Shown here piece by piece: positions 44,400 through 53,916 of a DNA stretch of 60,000 bases. This DNA is from a virus (taxonomy: Duplodnaviria > Caudoviricetes), in the IMG/VR virus record IMGVR_UViG_3300033141_001695, positions 1 to 60,000 of that record. One strand, written 5' to 3'. Made by a program: the position numbers and the translations under genes. Every line of letters begins with the position of its first letter. The first letter of the stretch is position 1. A model generated the notes under the pieces. The model searched no databases, was not told the DNA's origin, and worked only from the letters and a program-made list of their open reading frames with translations.

Positions 44400-44558
44400 A
44401 TGGAAAAAAGAATAGAGCAAGCAATCAAAAACGCAACACCCTTCACCGGATCAAATGAATCTTGGGTTTTCTATCATGGTAACAAGGCGGAAGAAAAAAA
44501 ACAAAAATATATAAACGAATGCAACGCAAGACTTGAAAAATTAAAAAAGAAATTATAA
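44400..44558 (+). CDS. Small protein (52 aa, not in ORF track)
   Basis: MEKRIEQAIKNATPFTGSNESWVFYHGNKAEEKKQKYINECNARLEKLKKKL after hairpin 3 and SD AAGGGGG. Confidence 0.65.
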   Translation: MEKRIEQAIKNATPFTGSNESWVFYHGNKAEEKKQKYINECNARLEKLKKKL

Positions 44559-44605
44559 CCCCAACCTGTCATAGGCACGGCTCAAACTGCCTGAAAGGAA
44601 GTTTC

Positions 44606-44812
44606 TTGAACCGATTCAAAGACCTGCACACAACTCAACAGATAGCCGAGCAGACCGGGCTTACATCTGAGCGGATATGCCAGCTGTATAAAGAGTTGGA
44701 AGGCCACAGACTGGCTCAAAAGATGGGACGCTTCACGGTGTATCATATTGACGCTGTGGACTATATTAATAACAGGCCGGAAAAAAGGGGGAGAAGGAAA
44801 AATGAAAACTGA
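44606..44812 (+). CDS. Small HTH DNA-binding protein
   Basis: TTQQIAEQTGLTSERICQL...AQKMGR...RPEKRGR (HTH_17/MerR-like); TTG start after AAAGGA. Confidence 0.7.
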   Translation: MNRFKDLHTTQQIAEQTGLTSERICQLYKELEGHRLAQKMGRFTVYHIDAVDYINNRPEKRGRRKNEN

Positions 44813-45011
44813 AGCAGTGACGTATAAACAGTGGGACAGCTACGCAAAAAAAATTGAAAGGAAAAATCTAAAAGAAAGTGGCGAATCCCTTACGTTTTCC
44901 AGCATCGCGCAGAAAGCGAGTAACTACATTGTAGAAAGCCAACCAGATAACAAGATAATCATCGCAAAAAAGGGCTGGCGCGAGGCAATGAAGAGGAAGG
45001 AACAGATATAA
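44802..45011 (+). CDS. Small hypothetical protein
   Basis: Likely start MKTEAV at 44802 after GAAGGA. Confidence 0.55.
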   Translation: MKTEAVTYKQWDSYAKKIERKNLKESGESLTFSSIAQKASNYIVESQPDNKIIIAKKGWREAMKRKEQI

Positions 45012-45032
45012 TAAACAGATCAAATATTAACC

Positions 45033-45063
45033 AAGGCCCCGATGCAAACCGGGGCCTTTTTTT
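45033..45063 (+). terminator. Intrinsic terminator ending the small-ORF operon
   Basis: AAGGCCCCG-atgcaaac-CGGGGCC followed by a T-run; faces the convergent Rha gene. Confidence 0.88.
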
Positions 45064-45067
45064 GTTA

Positions 45068-45820
45068 CTAAAAATCGGTTAAGATTCCGTACAGCACCAT
45101 GAACGTATCTTCAAAGTAGTGACTTTGTGTCTCTAACGGGTTCGATGGTGAAACATCGTTCTGCCCATACTCAAGGCCGGATTCGGTGAGTGCCTTGAAC
45201 TTTTTCACACCCTTGCTCTTGGAAGGCCGTTCTTTTTTTTCCATGTATCCACTTGATATCATCAACTGATTAAAAGCACGCACACCAATCTTGCATTGAT
45301 TCTTTTTCAAAAGCTCAGTAGCGGAAAAGGTGACACGGACGTTTTCGATGTATTCTGGAAGGGCATTGGTGGGCAATTTATAGCCTTCATAATGCTTATG
45401 AACCAATCCAAGATATGAAACGTCACTTATTTTCAAGGCATCTTTAACAAGGCTCAATCCTTTAAGGCCAAGTTCAAATTGATCTTTAGCAAGTGATGAT
45501 AAACCCGATGCTTGTTTTTCCGATTCAAGAGCATCCAATCTACGAATTATTTTAGCTCGAAGTGAAATAGAATAACCGGAAACCAAAGTTAAAATATCAT
45601 TCTTTTGGAGAGAATAACACTGATATGTTCTGTTTTTAGAGTCATTGTAGACCTCCCCAAAGTTGGGGAGATTGTTTTCTCCATATAATTCAACCAACAT
45701 TTGTCTGGTGTCTCTAAAAACATGATCATGCCGTTTGCCGGTAAGCTTGGCAATTTCAACCGTGGACATTCTGAAATCTTGACTCTTTGAAATAAAGCTG
45801 GTAGGTAATTGTTCAGTCAT
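45068..45820 (-). CDS. Rha-family regulatory/antirepressor protein with KilAC-like C-terminus
   Basis: MSTVEIAKLTGKRHDHVFRD...LVSGYSISLRAKII; C-terminal SATELLK...FNQLM...LTESGLEYG. Confidence 0.88.
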   Translation of the reverse strand: MTEQLPTSFISKSQDFRMSTVEIAKLTGKRHDHVFRDTRQMLVELYGENNLPNFGEVYNDSKNRTYQCYSLQKNDILTLVSGYSISLRAKIIRRLDALESEKQASGLSSLAKDQFELGLKGLSLVKDALKISDVSYLGLVHKHYEGYKLPTNALPEYIENVRVTFSATELLKKNQCKIGVRAFNQLMISSGYMEKKERPSKSKGVKKFKALTESGLEYGQNDVSPSNPLETQSHYFEDTFMVLYGILTDF

Positions 45821-46015
45821 GTGGATAATTCCTTTTCAATTATTTATTGTGATTAGAACCCGGCTGAAGCCCAATACTTCACCGGGTTTGTTGTTTCAAT
45901 ATATCGAAAACCTAACAGAGTTGCAATAAGTTTAATTCTTTTCTGGAATTCAGGCAGTCAAAAATCCTCAGCCCAAATTTGTGACACCATATCCATCACG
46001 ATATTGTTTTTTTGT

Positions 46016-46618
46016 TTATATTGATACTTTTTCGTAAGCTTGATATTTTAATTTTTGTCTGGCTACCCTACTTACTGATGCTTGGGATGAGCCATATTTC
46101 ATAGCTATCTCTCTTTGGCTCATGCCTTGCGACAATAATTCTAATATCTTAGATTCATATTTAATTAGCTTTGATTGAGCTTTGGACTTGTTTTTCCTCC
46201 AAGAGTCTTTTCTTTCCCACTTAGCAGCATTTCTTAGTATGTTTCTATGAGACTCACTCATTCTACGACCTAATTTATACTGGTGTTTTATATTTTCAGA
46301 ATGCTCAATCCATTCCAAATTATCTACATTGTTGTTTAATTTATCTCCATCTATATGATTCACCTCAATATTTATGCCTTTTGGCTTTTCTAAAAATGCA
46401 TTAGCAACAAGACGATGGATCATTACTGGATATTTCTTGCCACTTTTATTGAGCGAAACCATCGCATAACCAGGAGTTCCCATTTGAAGACTTAAAAACA
46501 TACCCGTATGACTCTTTTTTGGGTAGCTCCATATACGCCCATCTTGAGTAACTGCGTATAGTCCTTCAAATCCATTAATATCAACCAAGCCTTTCATCTC
46601 TGTTTTCATTCTTCGCAT
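46016..46618 (-). CDS. NUMOD4-HNH homing endonuclease with C-terminal HTH
   Basis: I.GFEGLYAV...GRIWS, IHRLVANAF, VNHIDGDKLNNNVDNLEW...EN. Confidence 0.92.
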   Translation of the reverse strand: MRRMKTEMKGLVDINGFEGLYAVTQDGRIWSYPKKSHTGMFLSLQMGTPGYAMVSLNKSGKKYPVMIHRLVANAFLEKPKGINIEVNHIDGDKLNNNVDNLEWIEHSENIKHQYKLGRRMSESHRNILRNAAKWERKDSWRKNKSKAQSKLIKYESKILELLSQGMSQREIAMKYGSSQASVSRVARQKLKYQAYEKVSI

Positions 46619-46976
46619 CTCGCTCTATAAGCATTTGTTTAAAATACATAGTCAAATCCAAAAGTTCTTGGTACGCATCCATAAGGGCATCACGTCCATT
46701 ATTAACTTTTAAACGGGTTCCATATTTCACTTTGCCAACGTCCGACCTTGCAACTAAATCTTTTATGACTTCAGGTAATACGCTTTTCCCATCTCCTCGT
46801 GGCATCGGTTCTGGTACTGCCGGACTTGACTTCCAGTCCTCCTCACCATCCTGCACCGGCATCACCCGCCACCCTTTCTGCTCTTCCATCATTTCCTCCT
46901 GAATCTTTGCAATGCTTCGCCAGAATTCCTTTTTTTCTTTGGCAACCTGTCGTTTATCGTCCACAGTAGGCCTCAT
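46581..46976 (-). CDS. All-alpha NTP pyrophosphohydrolase-like (MazG-related) phage protein
   Basis: R..VG..KYG..L...NGRDAL.DAYQE.LD...Y. Confidence 0.6.
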   Translation of the reverse strand: MRPTVDDKRQVAKEKKEFWRSIAKIQEEMMEEQKGWRVMPVQDGEEDWKSSPAVPEPMPRGDGKSVLPEVIKDLVARSDVGKVKYGTRLKVNNGRDALMDAYQELLDLTMYFKQMLIERDAKNENRDERLG

Positions 46977-47419
46977 TATCTTTTGATCATCTCAATTTCG
47001 ACTCCGGCTTCCGTTAACATTTTGCCGGAAAATTTGTCTGAATATCCGTCCAGATAGTAAACTTTTTTGATACCTGCATTAATAATCATTTTGGTACATA
47101 TGGAACAGGGAAGGTTGGTGCAGAAAAGCGCCGCCCCTTTTATGGAAACTCCATGAAGAGCCGCCTGAATAATAGCATTTTGCTCGGCATGAACCCCTCT
47201 GCATAGCTCGTGACGTTCACCTGATGGTATATTTAGTTTTTCACGCAAACAACCGATTTCGGTACAGTGGGGAACACCGCTGGGGGCTCCATTATAGCCG
47301 GTAGCCAGTATCCTCTTGTCCTTTACAATAATAGCCCCGACCGAACGTCTGAAACAGGTCGAGCGTGTTGCAACAAGAATACATATGTCCATGAAGTAGG
47401 TTTCCCATGAAGGGCGCAT
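46976..47419 (-). CDS. dCMP/cytidine deaminase
   Basis: [10 protein letters not shown]...RSTC.RR.VGA...GYNG...HAEQNA...PCSIC; likely start 47419 after AAAGGAG. Confidence 0.92.
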   Translation of the reverse strand: MRPSWETYFMDICILVATRSTCFRRSVGAIIVKDKRILATGYNGAPSGVPHCTEIGCLREKLNIPSGERHELCRGVHAEQNAIIQAALHGVSIKGAALFCTNLPCSICTKMIINAGIKKVYYLDGYSDKFSGKMLTEAGVEIEMIKR

Positions 47420-47459
47420 TATGTCTCCTTTCAAACCAGCGAATGAGTTGGTTGATATT

Positions 47460-47948
47460 TCATTTTTCCATCCTTCTTCCACGTCTCAATTCATTCAAAT
47501 CGTCCCAAACCTTAGAAGCCAGCATATAACATGACAATATAGTATCTTCAATTTCTTCCATAAGCGATTGAGCATTCTTTTTTGTTGGGGCCTCGCTCCA
47601 ATCATTCAAAGCCTGTTTGGTCTCATGCGCTTCTTCAAATATTTTTTCAAGACATCGCCGGGTCGGATACCGTTCCTCTTCAAATGCTATCTTGTGATCA
47701 TGCCGCCTTGCTGAGTTCTCGGCAAGTTGTGGGAGGACATGGAAGCCATATCTGACACCACAACGGTTATTCCATGCGTCAATAGCATCTTGTTTATTTT
47801 CACAATAACCATTCAATGCCAACCCACAACATCCACTATCCCTTTCGCCTGAACATGTTACAACATATGCAGTAGAATAAATATTGGTTAATGTTGATAC
47901 AAGACCATCGCTTCTGCAAAACGGACACGGTAATAATTTATCGTTCAA
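47460..47948 (-). CDS. Lar-family restriction-alleviation domain fused to a MazG-like helical domain
   Basis: LLPCPFC...V.C...C...AIDAWNNR; C-terminal KIFEEAHE...EEIED. Confidence 0.7.
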   Translation of the reverse strand: MNDKLLPCPFCRSDGLVSTLTNIYSTAYVVTCSGERDSGCCGLALNGYCENKQDAIDAWNNRCGVRYGFHVLPQLAENSARRHDHKIAFEEERYPTRRCLEKIFEEAHETKQALNDWSEAPTKKNAQSLMEEIEDTILSCYMLASKVWDDLNELRRGRRMEK

Positions 47949-47960
47949 TCAATCCTCCTT

Positions 47961-48395
47961 TCAAACCAGCACCAGCACCAGAAACTTAACTGCATCCGAA
48001 ATATAAACCATTGCGCCGTTGCGTTTGATTCGGTTCTGTTTGTTATTTTTGCGGTATCGCTTTTTCAAAAGTATTGGTAACGGCTGATCGTTGGTTATAG
48101 GCAAAAGCCTCGAAAACTGTTGAGAGGAAAGCTTTGTCATGTTCACAAGATATTGATAGTTAGAAATACGCTCAAGGTAACCGTGTAATAAACCGTACAT
48201 CGTACCTCCTCTATTTGTTATATAGAACAACTCTGTCCTCTTGTCTTCAACAATAAGTGTTTCCAAAATAGCCCTTAATCTCGACTTGATATATTCGGAC
48301 CCACCAATAACTACAAAACTTTGGCCAGCTGTCTTTGTGGGAGATGCGGAACCGGCGTAATATACATCCGTTGCATTGTATGTTCCTGCTCCCAT
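47961..48395 (-). CDS. Hypothetical protein (weak)
   Basis: Co-directional ORF with no recognised motif. Confidence 0.3.
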   Translation of the reverse strand: MGAGTYNATDVYYAGSASPTKTAGQSFVVIGGSEYIKSRLRAILETLIVEDKRTELFYITNRGGTMYGLLHGYLERISNYQYLVNMTKLSSQQFSRLLPITNDQPLPILLKKRYRKNNKQNRIKRNGAMVYISDAVKFLVLVLV

Positions 48396-48423
48396 TACTG
48401 TTATATTGTTTATTTTTGACCTC

Positions 48424-48888
48424 CTATTTCAAAAATAATTCTTTTGAATGCCAAGCCATCAAAAGTGCGTCGGCCCGTCCATTATGTTTCTTGAGATGCA
48501 GTTCCGCATCCGGGAAAAGCCGCCGGGCTGCTGTAAGACTCCGCGCCTTGGTGTCCTTTCCGTCATTTCTCAATATCAGGCCCTTTTGCCATTTTTGGGG
48601 GCGGATAAGGGAAAATGGAATGCCGACGGTCGCCAGTATTCCACGCCAGATTCCAAAGTTAGTTCCAAAGTTGAACATGCTGACTGCTCCGTTTCCCGGG
48701 AATGCCGAGACAGCCTCAAGGACACAGTATCGAATCTCAAAATTATCCGCAAGCTGCTTGATTTTCCTGGCTGCGCTCGCTTCATCCCCCGGCCAATCAA
48801 ATACATCGTATGTGGCGCCGTCTTCTGACATGTAAGCACAGGCGCCGGTTTTGCCAGGGTCAATTCCAGCGTAAACTATTGTTTTCAA
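48424..48888 (-). CDS. RuvC-like Holliday junction resolvase
   Basis: GIDPGKTGA, VLEAV, MFNFG..FG, P.KW.K, GRADALLMA. Confidence 0.9.
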   Translation of the reverse strand: MKTIVYAGIDPGKTGACAYMSEDGATYDVFDWPGDEASAARKIKQLADNFEIRYCVLEAVSAFPGNGAVSMFNFGTNFGIWRGILATVGIPFSLIRPQKWQKGLILRNDGKDTKARSLTAARRLFPDAELHLKKHNGRADALLMAWHSKELFLK

Positions 48889-48899
48889 TCGCCCTCCTT

Positions 48900-49088
48900 T
48901 TACCTCTGATTCAAAGCTTCCAGAAGTCTCAAAATGTGCCTTCCGTATTTATTAGTCGTATCTATTGTTATCCGCATCCTGTCGTAGCTCATATTGACAA
49001 AAGAATCACTCCTATAAGTCTCATGCTTAATCTGTATCTGTTTTTTAGCTTTCGTTATTTCGGATTCTTTCAAAGCTCCTCCTTTCAA
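48900..49088 (-). CDS. Small hypothetical protein
   Basis: Co-directional ORF with SD. Confidence 0.4.
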   Translation of the reverse strand: MKGGALKESEITKAKKQIQIKHETYRSDSFVNMSYDRMRITIDTTNKYGRHILRLLEALNQR

Positions 49089-49431
49089 ACTTTCAAATAT
49101 CGCTCAAATCCATTTTCTCGTCTTACTCCTTAAGGGTTTTATACACTCAATCTTTTTTTGTCCGAGGATTTGAAATTTACCCTGCTCACGTTAGGATTGT
49201 GGGCGTGGTGTAGATATGGTTTTAGGTTTTTCAATCAAGTTTTAACCGTATCGAATTCGACACGGTTAGAGTTTCTAATAATTTCAGATATTTAGAATGG
49301 TATGGACTTATACCCACGTCTCGTTTTTATTTTAGAGAATTGTGTTTCCCGGTATTTTTTCTTATTAGGCAGCGTAATGCATTTTATTGTTTTTATTATT
49401 TGCCATTTTTCTAACAATTTCAAACACTTAG

Positions 49432-49890
49432 TTAAAATGGGATATCGTTAAGAGAGTCATCCTGCGGAGATGGAGCTTGACTCTGCGGATTCTGTCTCTT
49501 GTATTCGGCTTCGGCGGTACTATGCGGACTTGGGTTCTGACCGGTGCCGCCCGAGTTGCTGTTTTTGCTACCCAACATCTGCATATCCTTAACAACAATC
49601 TCAGTTTGATATTTTGTCACGCCCTCATGTTCGTACTGCCGGGTTTGCATTTTGCCGGAAATAAATACCAAAGAGCCTTTTGTCAAATATTTTCCAATTA
49701 CATCCGCAAGCCCCCTCCATGCAACCGCACGTATCCATTCGGTTTTTTCCTGCTTCTGGCCCTGTTTATCTTTCCAGGTCTCACCGCAGGCTATCGTAAA
49801 GTTTGCGACAGCGTCTCCTGATGGGATATGTCTGATTTCCGGATCACGGGCCAACCGGCCTATGAAGTTGCAGCTATTGAGATCACTCAT
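49432..49890 (-). CDS. ssb: Single-stranded DNA-binding protein
   Basis: N....IGRL.RDPE, TEW, L.KGS.V.I.G..QTR, C-terminal DIPF. Confidence 0.96.
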   Translation of the reverse strand: MSDLNSCNFIGRLARDPEIRHIPSGDAVANFTIACGETWKDKQGQKQEKTEWIRAVAWRGLADVIGKYLTKGSLVFISGKMQTRQYEHEGVTKYQTEIVVKDMQMLGSKNSNSGGTGQNPSPHSTAEAEYKRQNPQSQAPSPQDDSLNDIPF

Positions 49891-49950
49891 GCCTATTTAT
49901 TCCCCTTCTGATCGATTATAGCCATTATTTTGTTTCGGTTCCACTTCAGA

Positions 49951-51024
49951 TTATTCTCTTGAGAATTGAAAACCATCACTCTTGTAATATTCTTTGATAA
50001 AAGAGCTTTCAAGGGTATGATTTTCATTCTCTATTGCGCATATAGCCCTATCGAGATGAACATCATACCATTCACCGTTTACACCTTTGTCTTCAAACGA
50101 ACAATGGATAAGCCTCTCTATGTCAAAAGCATTTGAACAAACCATTGATTTATATAGCACCGAAAGCTTTGACCATGAACCTGTCTGTAACTGTTTGAGC
50201 CTTTTTTCTACATCTTTTGAGACACCGACCTTGATATAGTCGTTGTCTCCATTACCGATAATATAAACAAATTGCCTTTTCGCAAAACATTCAGGCAAAA
50301 CGCTTCTCACAGCTTCGGCTTGAAATCTTTTGACATATGCATCCCGCATAGCGAAAAATGAATTAATGAAATCAATCTTGAATTCTTGGGCTTTTCTGCC
50401 TGTAAACCCTAAAGCAATAAATGAAAACCCTTGCTCGGTCATGTCGTAAGATTTGCGTAACTCATTATTTCCGGCTATATATTCGACCGGCTGAAAATTG
50501 AGCCGGTTGAATTCACTAACCTTCTCGCTATGAGCATTATCTTTGAAGAGGTTATCGATTGTTTGAATAACGTTCTTATGCCTTTTCTCAAACTTTTCAG
50601 CAATAATCCTTGAATTAGTGTATCCCTTGCCGTCCTTAAAAAAAACAAGATCATTCACATTGCCTTTATAATCAATGTATTCAAGCTCGTTAAGCACTTT
50701 TTCGGCCTTACGTTGCATTCCGATAAAATAATCCCTTACTCGCTCACCAACCGTACTCTTAACTTGCATGGCAAGTTTTTTCGCAAAGGAAATATTCAAA
50801 ATAAAATCAATAGAAGGTCTGCCATTCGGGTTTTTCACCATGATGGTGGATACTTCGTAGTCTTCATTTTCAATTGCAAAAGTGTTGGTTACAATGTTCA
50901 TTGCAGACCATCTGGCCCAATGCGCTTGATTTAATCCGAGTACATTGTATAATTCTTTAGCCATCACAGCATTAACTTCATTATTCCCGATGGCTTGTTT
51001 CGTGACAACAATCAATTCATTCAT
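49951..51024 (-). CDS. Antirepressor-type fusion: AntA, Rha and GIY-YIG (T5orf172-like)
   Basis: AVMAKELY..LG...W (AntA); NSRIIAEKFEKRHKNV...GFTG.KA..FK (Rha); VYII...IKVGVS.D...RL..LQTG...GEW (GIY-YIG). Start MNELIV at 51024 after GGAGGA. Confidence 0.88.
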   Translation of the reverse strand: MNELIVVTKQAIGNNEVNAVMAKELYNVLGLNQAHWARWSAMNIVTNTFAIENEDYEVSTIMVKNPNGRPSIDFILNISFAKKLAMQVKSTVGERVRDYFIGMQRKAEKVLNELEYIDYKGNVNDLVFFKDGKGYTNSRIIAEKFEKRHKNVIQTIDNLFKDNAHSEKVSEFNRLNFQPVEYIAGNNELRKSYDMTEQGFSFIALGFTGRKAQEFKIDFINSFFAMRDAYVKRFQAEAVRSVLPECFAKRQFVYIIGNGDNDYIKVGVSKDVEKRLKQLQTGSWSKLSVLYKSMVCSNAFDIERLIHCSFEDKGVNGEWYDVHLDRAICAIENENHTLESSFIKEYYKSDGFQFSRE

Positions 51025-51036
51025 TTTCAATCCTCC

Positions 51037-51145
51037 AAAAAAAAGGCCGTATATCTGTATCGATCCCTTAGAAGGATTGCAGCCCTTGCGGTAACTGCCA
51101 GATATACGGCCAAGATGAGTTTTATGATTTTCTAAGTTATCGATA
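51037..51145 (-). ncRNA. Structured leader (c4/P4-CI-like) upstream of the antirepressor
   Basis: A 13-bp perfect stem (51045-51057/51099-51111) encloses two hairpins and is followed by U8; the inner segment is complementary to 51130-51145. Confidence 0.6.
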
Positions 51146-51192
51146 TTCAACTCAAATCACGTTTGGTTCCGAATGTCAAGAATATTTCCATT

Positions 51193-51813
51193 TTATTTAT
51201 TGACGTTAAAAAAAGCATTTGCAAAACCTTGCGGGCATAATGATCTAAAATCCATATCATTTGAAACGGAATCAACAAATATTGAAAACGCATGGATATG
51301 ATGGATAGCGGACTTGTGAAAAAAAGCCATTCCAGGCTTCTTTCTACCTGGCCTAATGTACAATTTTTTATTTTTAGGCACATCTGCCCAATTGGTATAA
51401 ATATATTCCGGGTGATTGAACTTTCCCCATAATGCCGTTTTTTTGGTCCAAGGGTCTCCGAACATCCAAGGTTCATATGTGTAATCTGGTTGACCTAAAA
51501 AATTCTTAAGTTTTCCAGTGGCTGGGTTTTCAATGACCCAAAATTTAGGATTAGACTCTCCTATTATCCGTTTGCAATGATTTACCAGGATCATACCTTT
51601 CTCGTAATCTCCGTCTTTATGAAACCCGCCCCGAACAACGCTGAATTCTGTACATACTGGATTTGCAATGATTCCATATACATTTGATGGTGGACTATAA
51701 GTTTCAATTCCAATATCTTTTCCAATACATCGCACTTCGTACCCAGCGTTTTTGTATGGATAAGAATCTGAGCCGACATCGGCACATAAATGTAAAATTA
51801 TTTTGTTTGTCAT
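51193..51813 (-). CDS. Short C5-cytosine DNA methyltransferase-like protein
   Basis: IILHLCA..GS, IIANPVCTEFS (PxC), WVIENP, TKKTALWG; likely start MTNKII. Confidence 0.75.
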   Translation of the reverse strand: MTNKIILHLCADVGSDSYPYKNAGYEVRCIGKDIGIETYSPPSNVYGIIANPVCTEFSVVRGGFHKDGDYEKGMILVNHCKRIIGESNPKFWVIENPATGKLKNFLGQPDYTYEPWMFGDPWTKKTALWGKFNHPEYIYTNWADVPKNKKLYIRPGRKKPGMAFFHKSAIHHIHAFSIFVDSVSNDMDFRSLCPQGFANAFFNVNK

Positions 51814-52001
51814 CAGTAATCTCCTATCCGCCCGTAGCGATTCCTTCGTTTCCATTCATCAAGGATCGCATAGTTAATCTTCCTGGCCGTGTCCTCATCC
51901 TCAGTTCCGACGGAATCTTTCAATGATCGCTGAAATGCCTGCAATTCGTCAGTTTCCATGAGTTCAAGATCTGAGTTTCTGATGTTTGATATGTTTTTCA
52001 T
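51813..52001 (-). CDS. Small hypothetical protein
   Basis: Coupled overlaps on both sides. Confidence 0.55.
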   Translation of the reverse strand: MKNISNIRNSDLELMETDELQAFQRSLKDSVGTEDEDTARKINYAILDEWKRRNRYGRIGDY

Positions 52002-52282
52002 CGACCACCCTTCCTTTCAGTTTTCAACACTTCATGCCATAGAAAACAATAAAAACCTTCGCCGCTTGCAGGCAGGTACACATCGCCATCCAGAGTATCT
52101 ATCGCAAGGAAACCGTCAGCATCTACGGTAATCGGGATTGCATAATTATTGCCGTACATATCTTTTGCTGTGATTTCAGCCTCAAAATCTTCTCCGAATG
52201 TGATTTGGATGTCCTTTAGGTATTCTTCGAAATAGATATTTTGAAACGTTTTTACTTCTTTGATAAAATCTTCTTGTGTCAT
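51998..52282 (-). CDS. Acidic hypothetical protein
   Basis: ATGA overlaps on both sides. Confidence 0.6.
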   Translation of the reverse strand: MTQEDFIKEVKTFQNIYFEEYLKDIQITFGEDFEAEITAKDMYGNNYAIPITVDADGFLAIDTLDGDVYLPASGEGFYCFLWHEVLKTERKGGR

Positions 52283-53664
52283 TGTATTTCTCCCCTATAA
52301 GCCTTCTGCCGTGATTTCGCCGAAGCCACCAATGGTCCAATATGAATATCGACGTAGTCAAAAACCATTGCTTTTTCTTTCCCCTTTGCTGGTCTGAGTA
52401 CCCGGCCCAGGTATTGCAAGACTCGGCCTGAAAATCTGACAGGCGTAGCAAGAAAGAGGATTGAAAGGCCACCCATATCAAATCCTTCTCCGATTAGCTG
52501 ACCCGTGGCTATCAGAACTTTGACCTGACCACCATTCAGCTTGTCAACAATGGCTTTACGCTTCTTTGTAGTTACGTCCCCTGTAAGCAATTCAGACTCG
52601 ATTCCGTGATTTTCGTTTAAAGCGGTCTGTAACGCCTCACAGTGGCCTTTCCTGTCTGACAAGACCAAGCATATGCCTTCGCCGTTCTTTACTTGTTCTG
52701 CAACGTCTGAGGCAATCAGATCGTTCCTTTCTTCGTCCTTGGTAAGCTCACTTATCATCTTTGAATATTCTGCCGAAGGGTCAAAAGTCGTCCTGAACTC
52801 GGTTTCCCTGGTGACGACTTCCGCCTTCAGAATATGGCCCTGGGTTACAAGTTCGGCCTTGTCAACGGTATGGTGAATGTCTCCAATGGTCCAGAAAATA
52901 ACGTTTGATAACCCATCCCTGCGGTAAGGAGTTGCTGAAAGGCCTGTCATATACTTCGAATCAAATTGAGACACAACTCCGGCCATAGTATGACCAGGGA
53001 GGCGGTGAGTTTCATCTACGATCACATTGCCAATACTTTTAACGACTTCTGAAGCTCGTTTTGCAAGTGTCTGAACCATCCCGACAGTAATCTTTCCCCC
53101 AATCCTGAACTTGCCATTGCCAATCATACCTATTTCGGATTTTGGAATGCCCAGGAAAGTCTCAATCCGGTCACGCCATTGATTGAGCAGCTCCTTTGTG
53201 TGAACGATTATCAAGGTCGGTTGTTTGCGATGTGCAATGAGCGCAAGGCTCATCACCGTTTTTCCTGATCCGGTGCTGGAGCATAAAGTTCCAAAATCTT
53301 TCTTGAGCATATCGTCAACGGCTTCCCTTTGGAATGGCTTCAATATCCCTTTGAATTTAAAATCAACTTCCGGCAGCACCCGGCGCTGATCATCCCAAAC
53401 AAAAGGCTCTTTGTTTTTTCTGCACATGCTGATTAATTGACCGGTGAAACCTCTCGGCAACGTCAGGCTCCCATCTGGTTCCAGATCGTAATATTTCAGG
53501 TATTGCGGAATGTTTCCGGCATATCGACCTATTTTTACGGCCTCCTGGTGCTTGGGATTGGGGACGGTCAATGCGACTTTAATTGATTCGACCATAGCTG
53601 GATTAACGATGTTGTCTATTTTGATCTTGCTATTAACTATAATTCGCATATAATCAAACTCCAT
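52279..53664 (-). CDS. Superfamily 2 DEAD/DEAH-box helicase
   Basis: LKPFQ, STGSGKT, IVDETH, GLSATPYR.DG, GEGFD, Q..GRVLR. Confidence 0.93.
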   Translation of the reverse strand: MEFDYMRIIVNSKIKIDNIVNPAMVESIKVALTVPNPKHQEAVKIGRYAGNIPQYLKYYDLEPDGSLTLPRGFTGQLISMCRKNKEPFVWDDQRRVLPEVDFKFKGILKPFQREAVDDMLKKDFGTLCSSTGSGKTVMSLALIAHRKQPTLIIVHTKELLNQWRDRIETFLGIPKSEIGMIGNGKFRIGGKITVGMVQTLAKRASEVVKSIGNVIVDETHRLPGHTMAGVVSQFDSKYMTGLSATPYRRDGLSNVIFWTIGDIHHTVDKAELVTQGHILKAEVVTRETEFRTTFDPSAEYSKMISELTKDEERNDLIASDVAEQVKNGEGICLVLSDRKGHCEALQTALNENHGIESELLTGDVTTKKRKAIVDKLNGGQVKVLIATGQLIGEGFDMGGLSILFLATPVRFSGRVLQYLGRVLRPAKGKEKAMVFDYVDIHIGPLVASAKSRQKAYRGEIQ

Positions 53665-53715
53665 TGTATTAATATTTGTTGATTGCCCCCGTGAGACTGG
53701 CTTGCGGGGGTTTCT

Positions 53716-53913
53716 TTATTTTGCGGGCTCAACGGTTGTTCGTACCACATCAAGTCCCGGCATTACCGGGTGGCAAAAATTACACACCCACTTAATTTTC
53801 CCCGGACGGTTCAACCTCCAAAAATCTTTGCCTGAACATGTGTAACAGGGTTTTGGGATCATTGTGTCATGATTGTCAGCTTGAAGATTCGGAGTTTTAT
53901 TCTCTTTAGCCAT
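53716..53913 (-). CDS. Small zinc-finger protein
   Basis: PCYTC...FW...WVCNFCHP. Confidence 0.6.
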   Translation of the reverse strand: MAKENKTPNLQADNHDTMIPKPCYTCSGKDFWRLNRPGKIKWVCNFCHPVMPGLDVVRTTVEPAK

Positions 53914-53916
53914 TTT

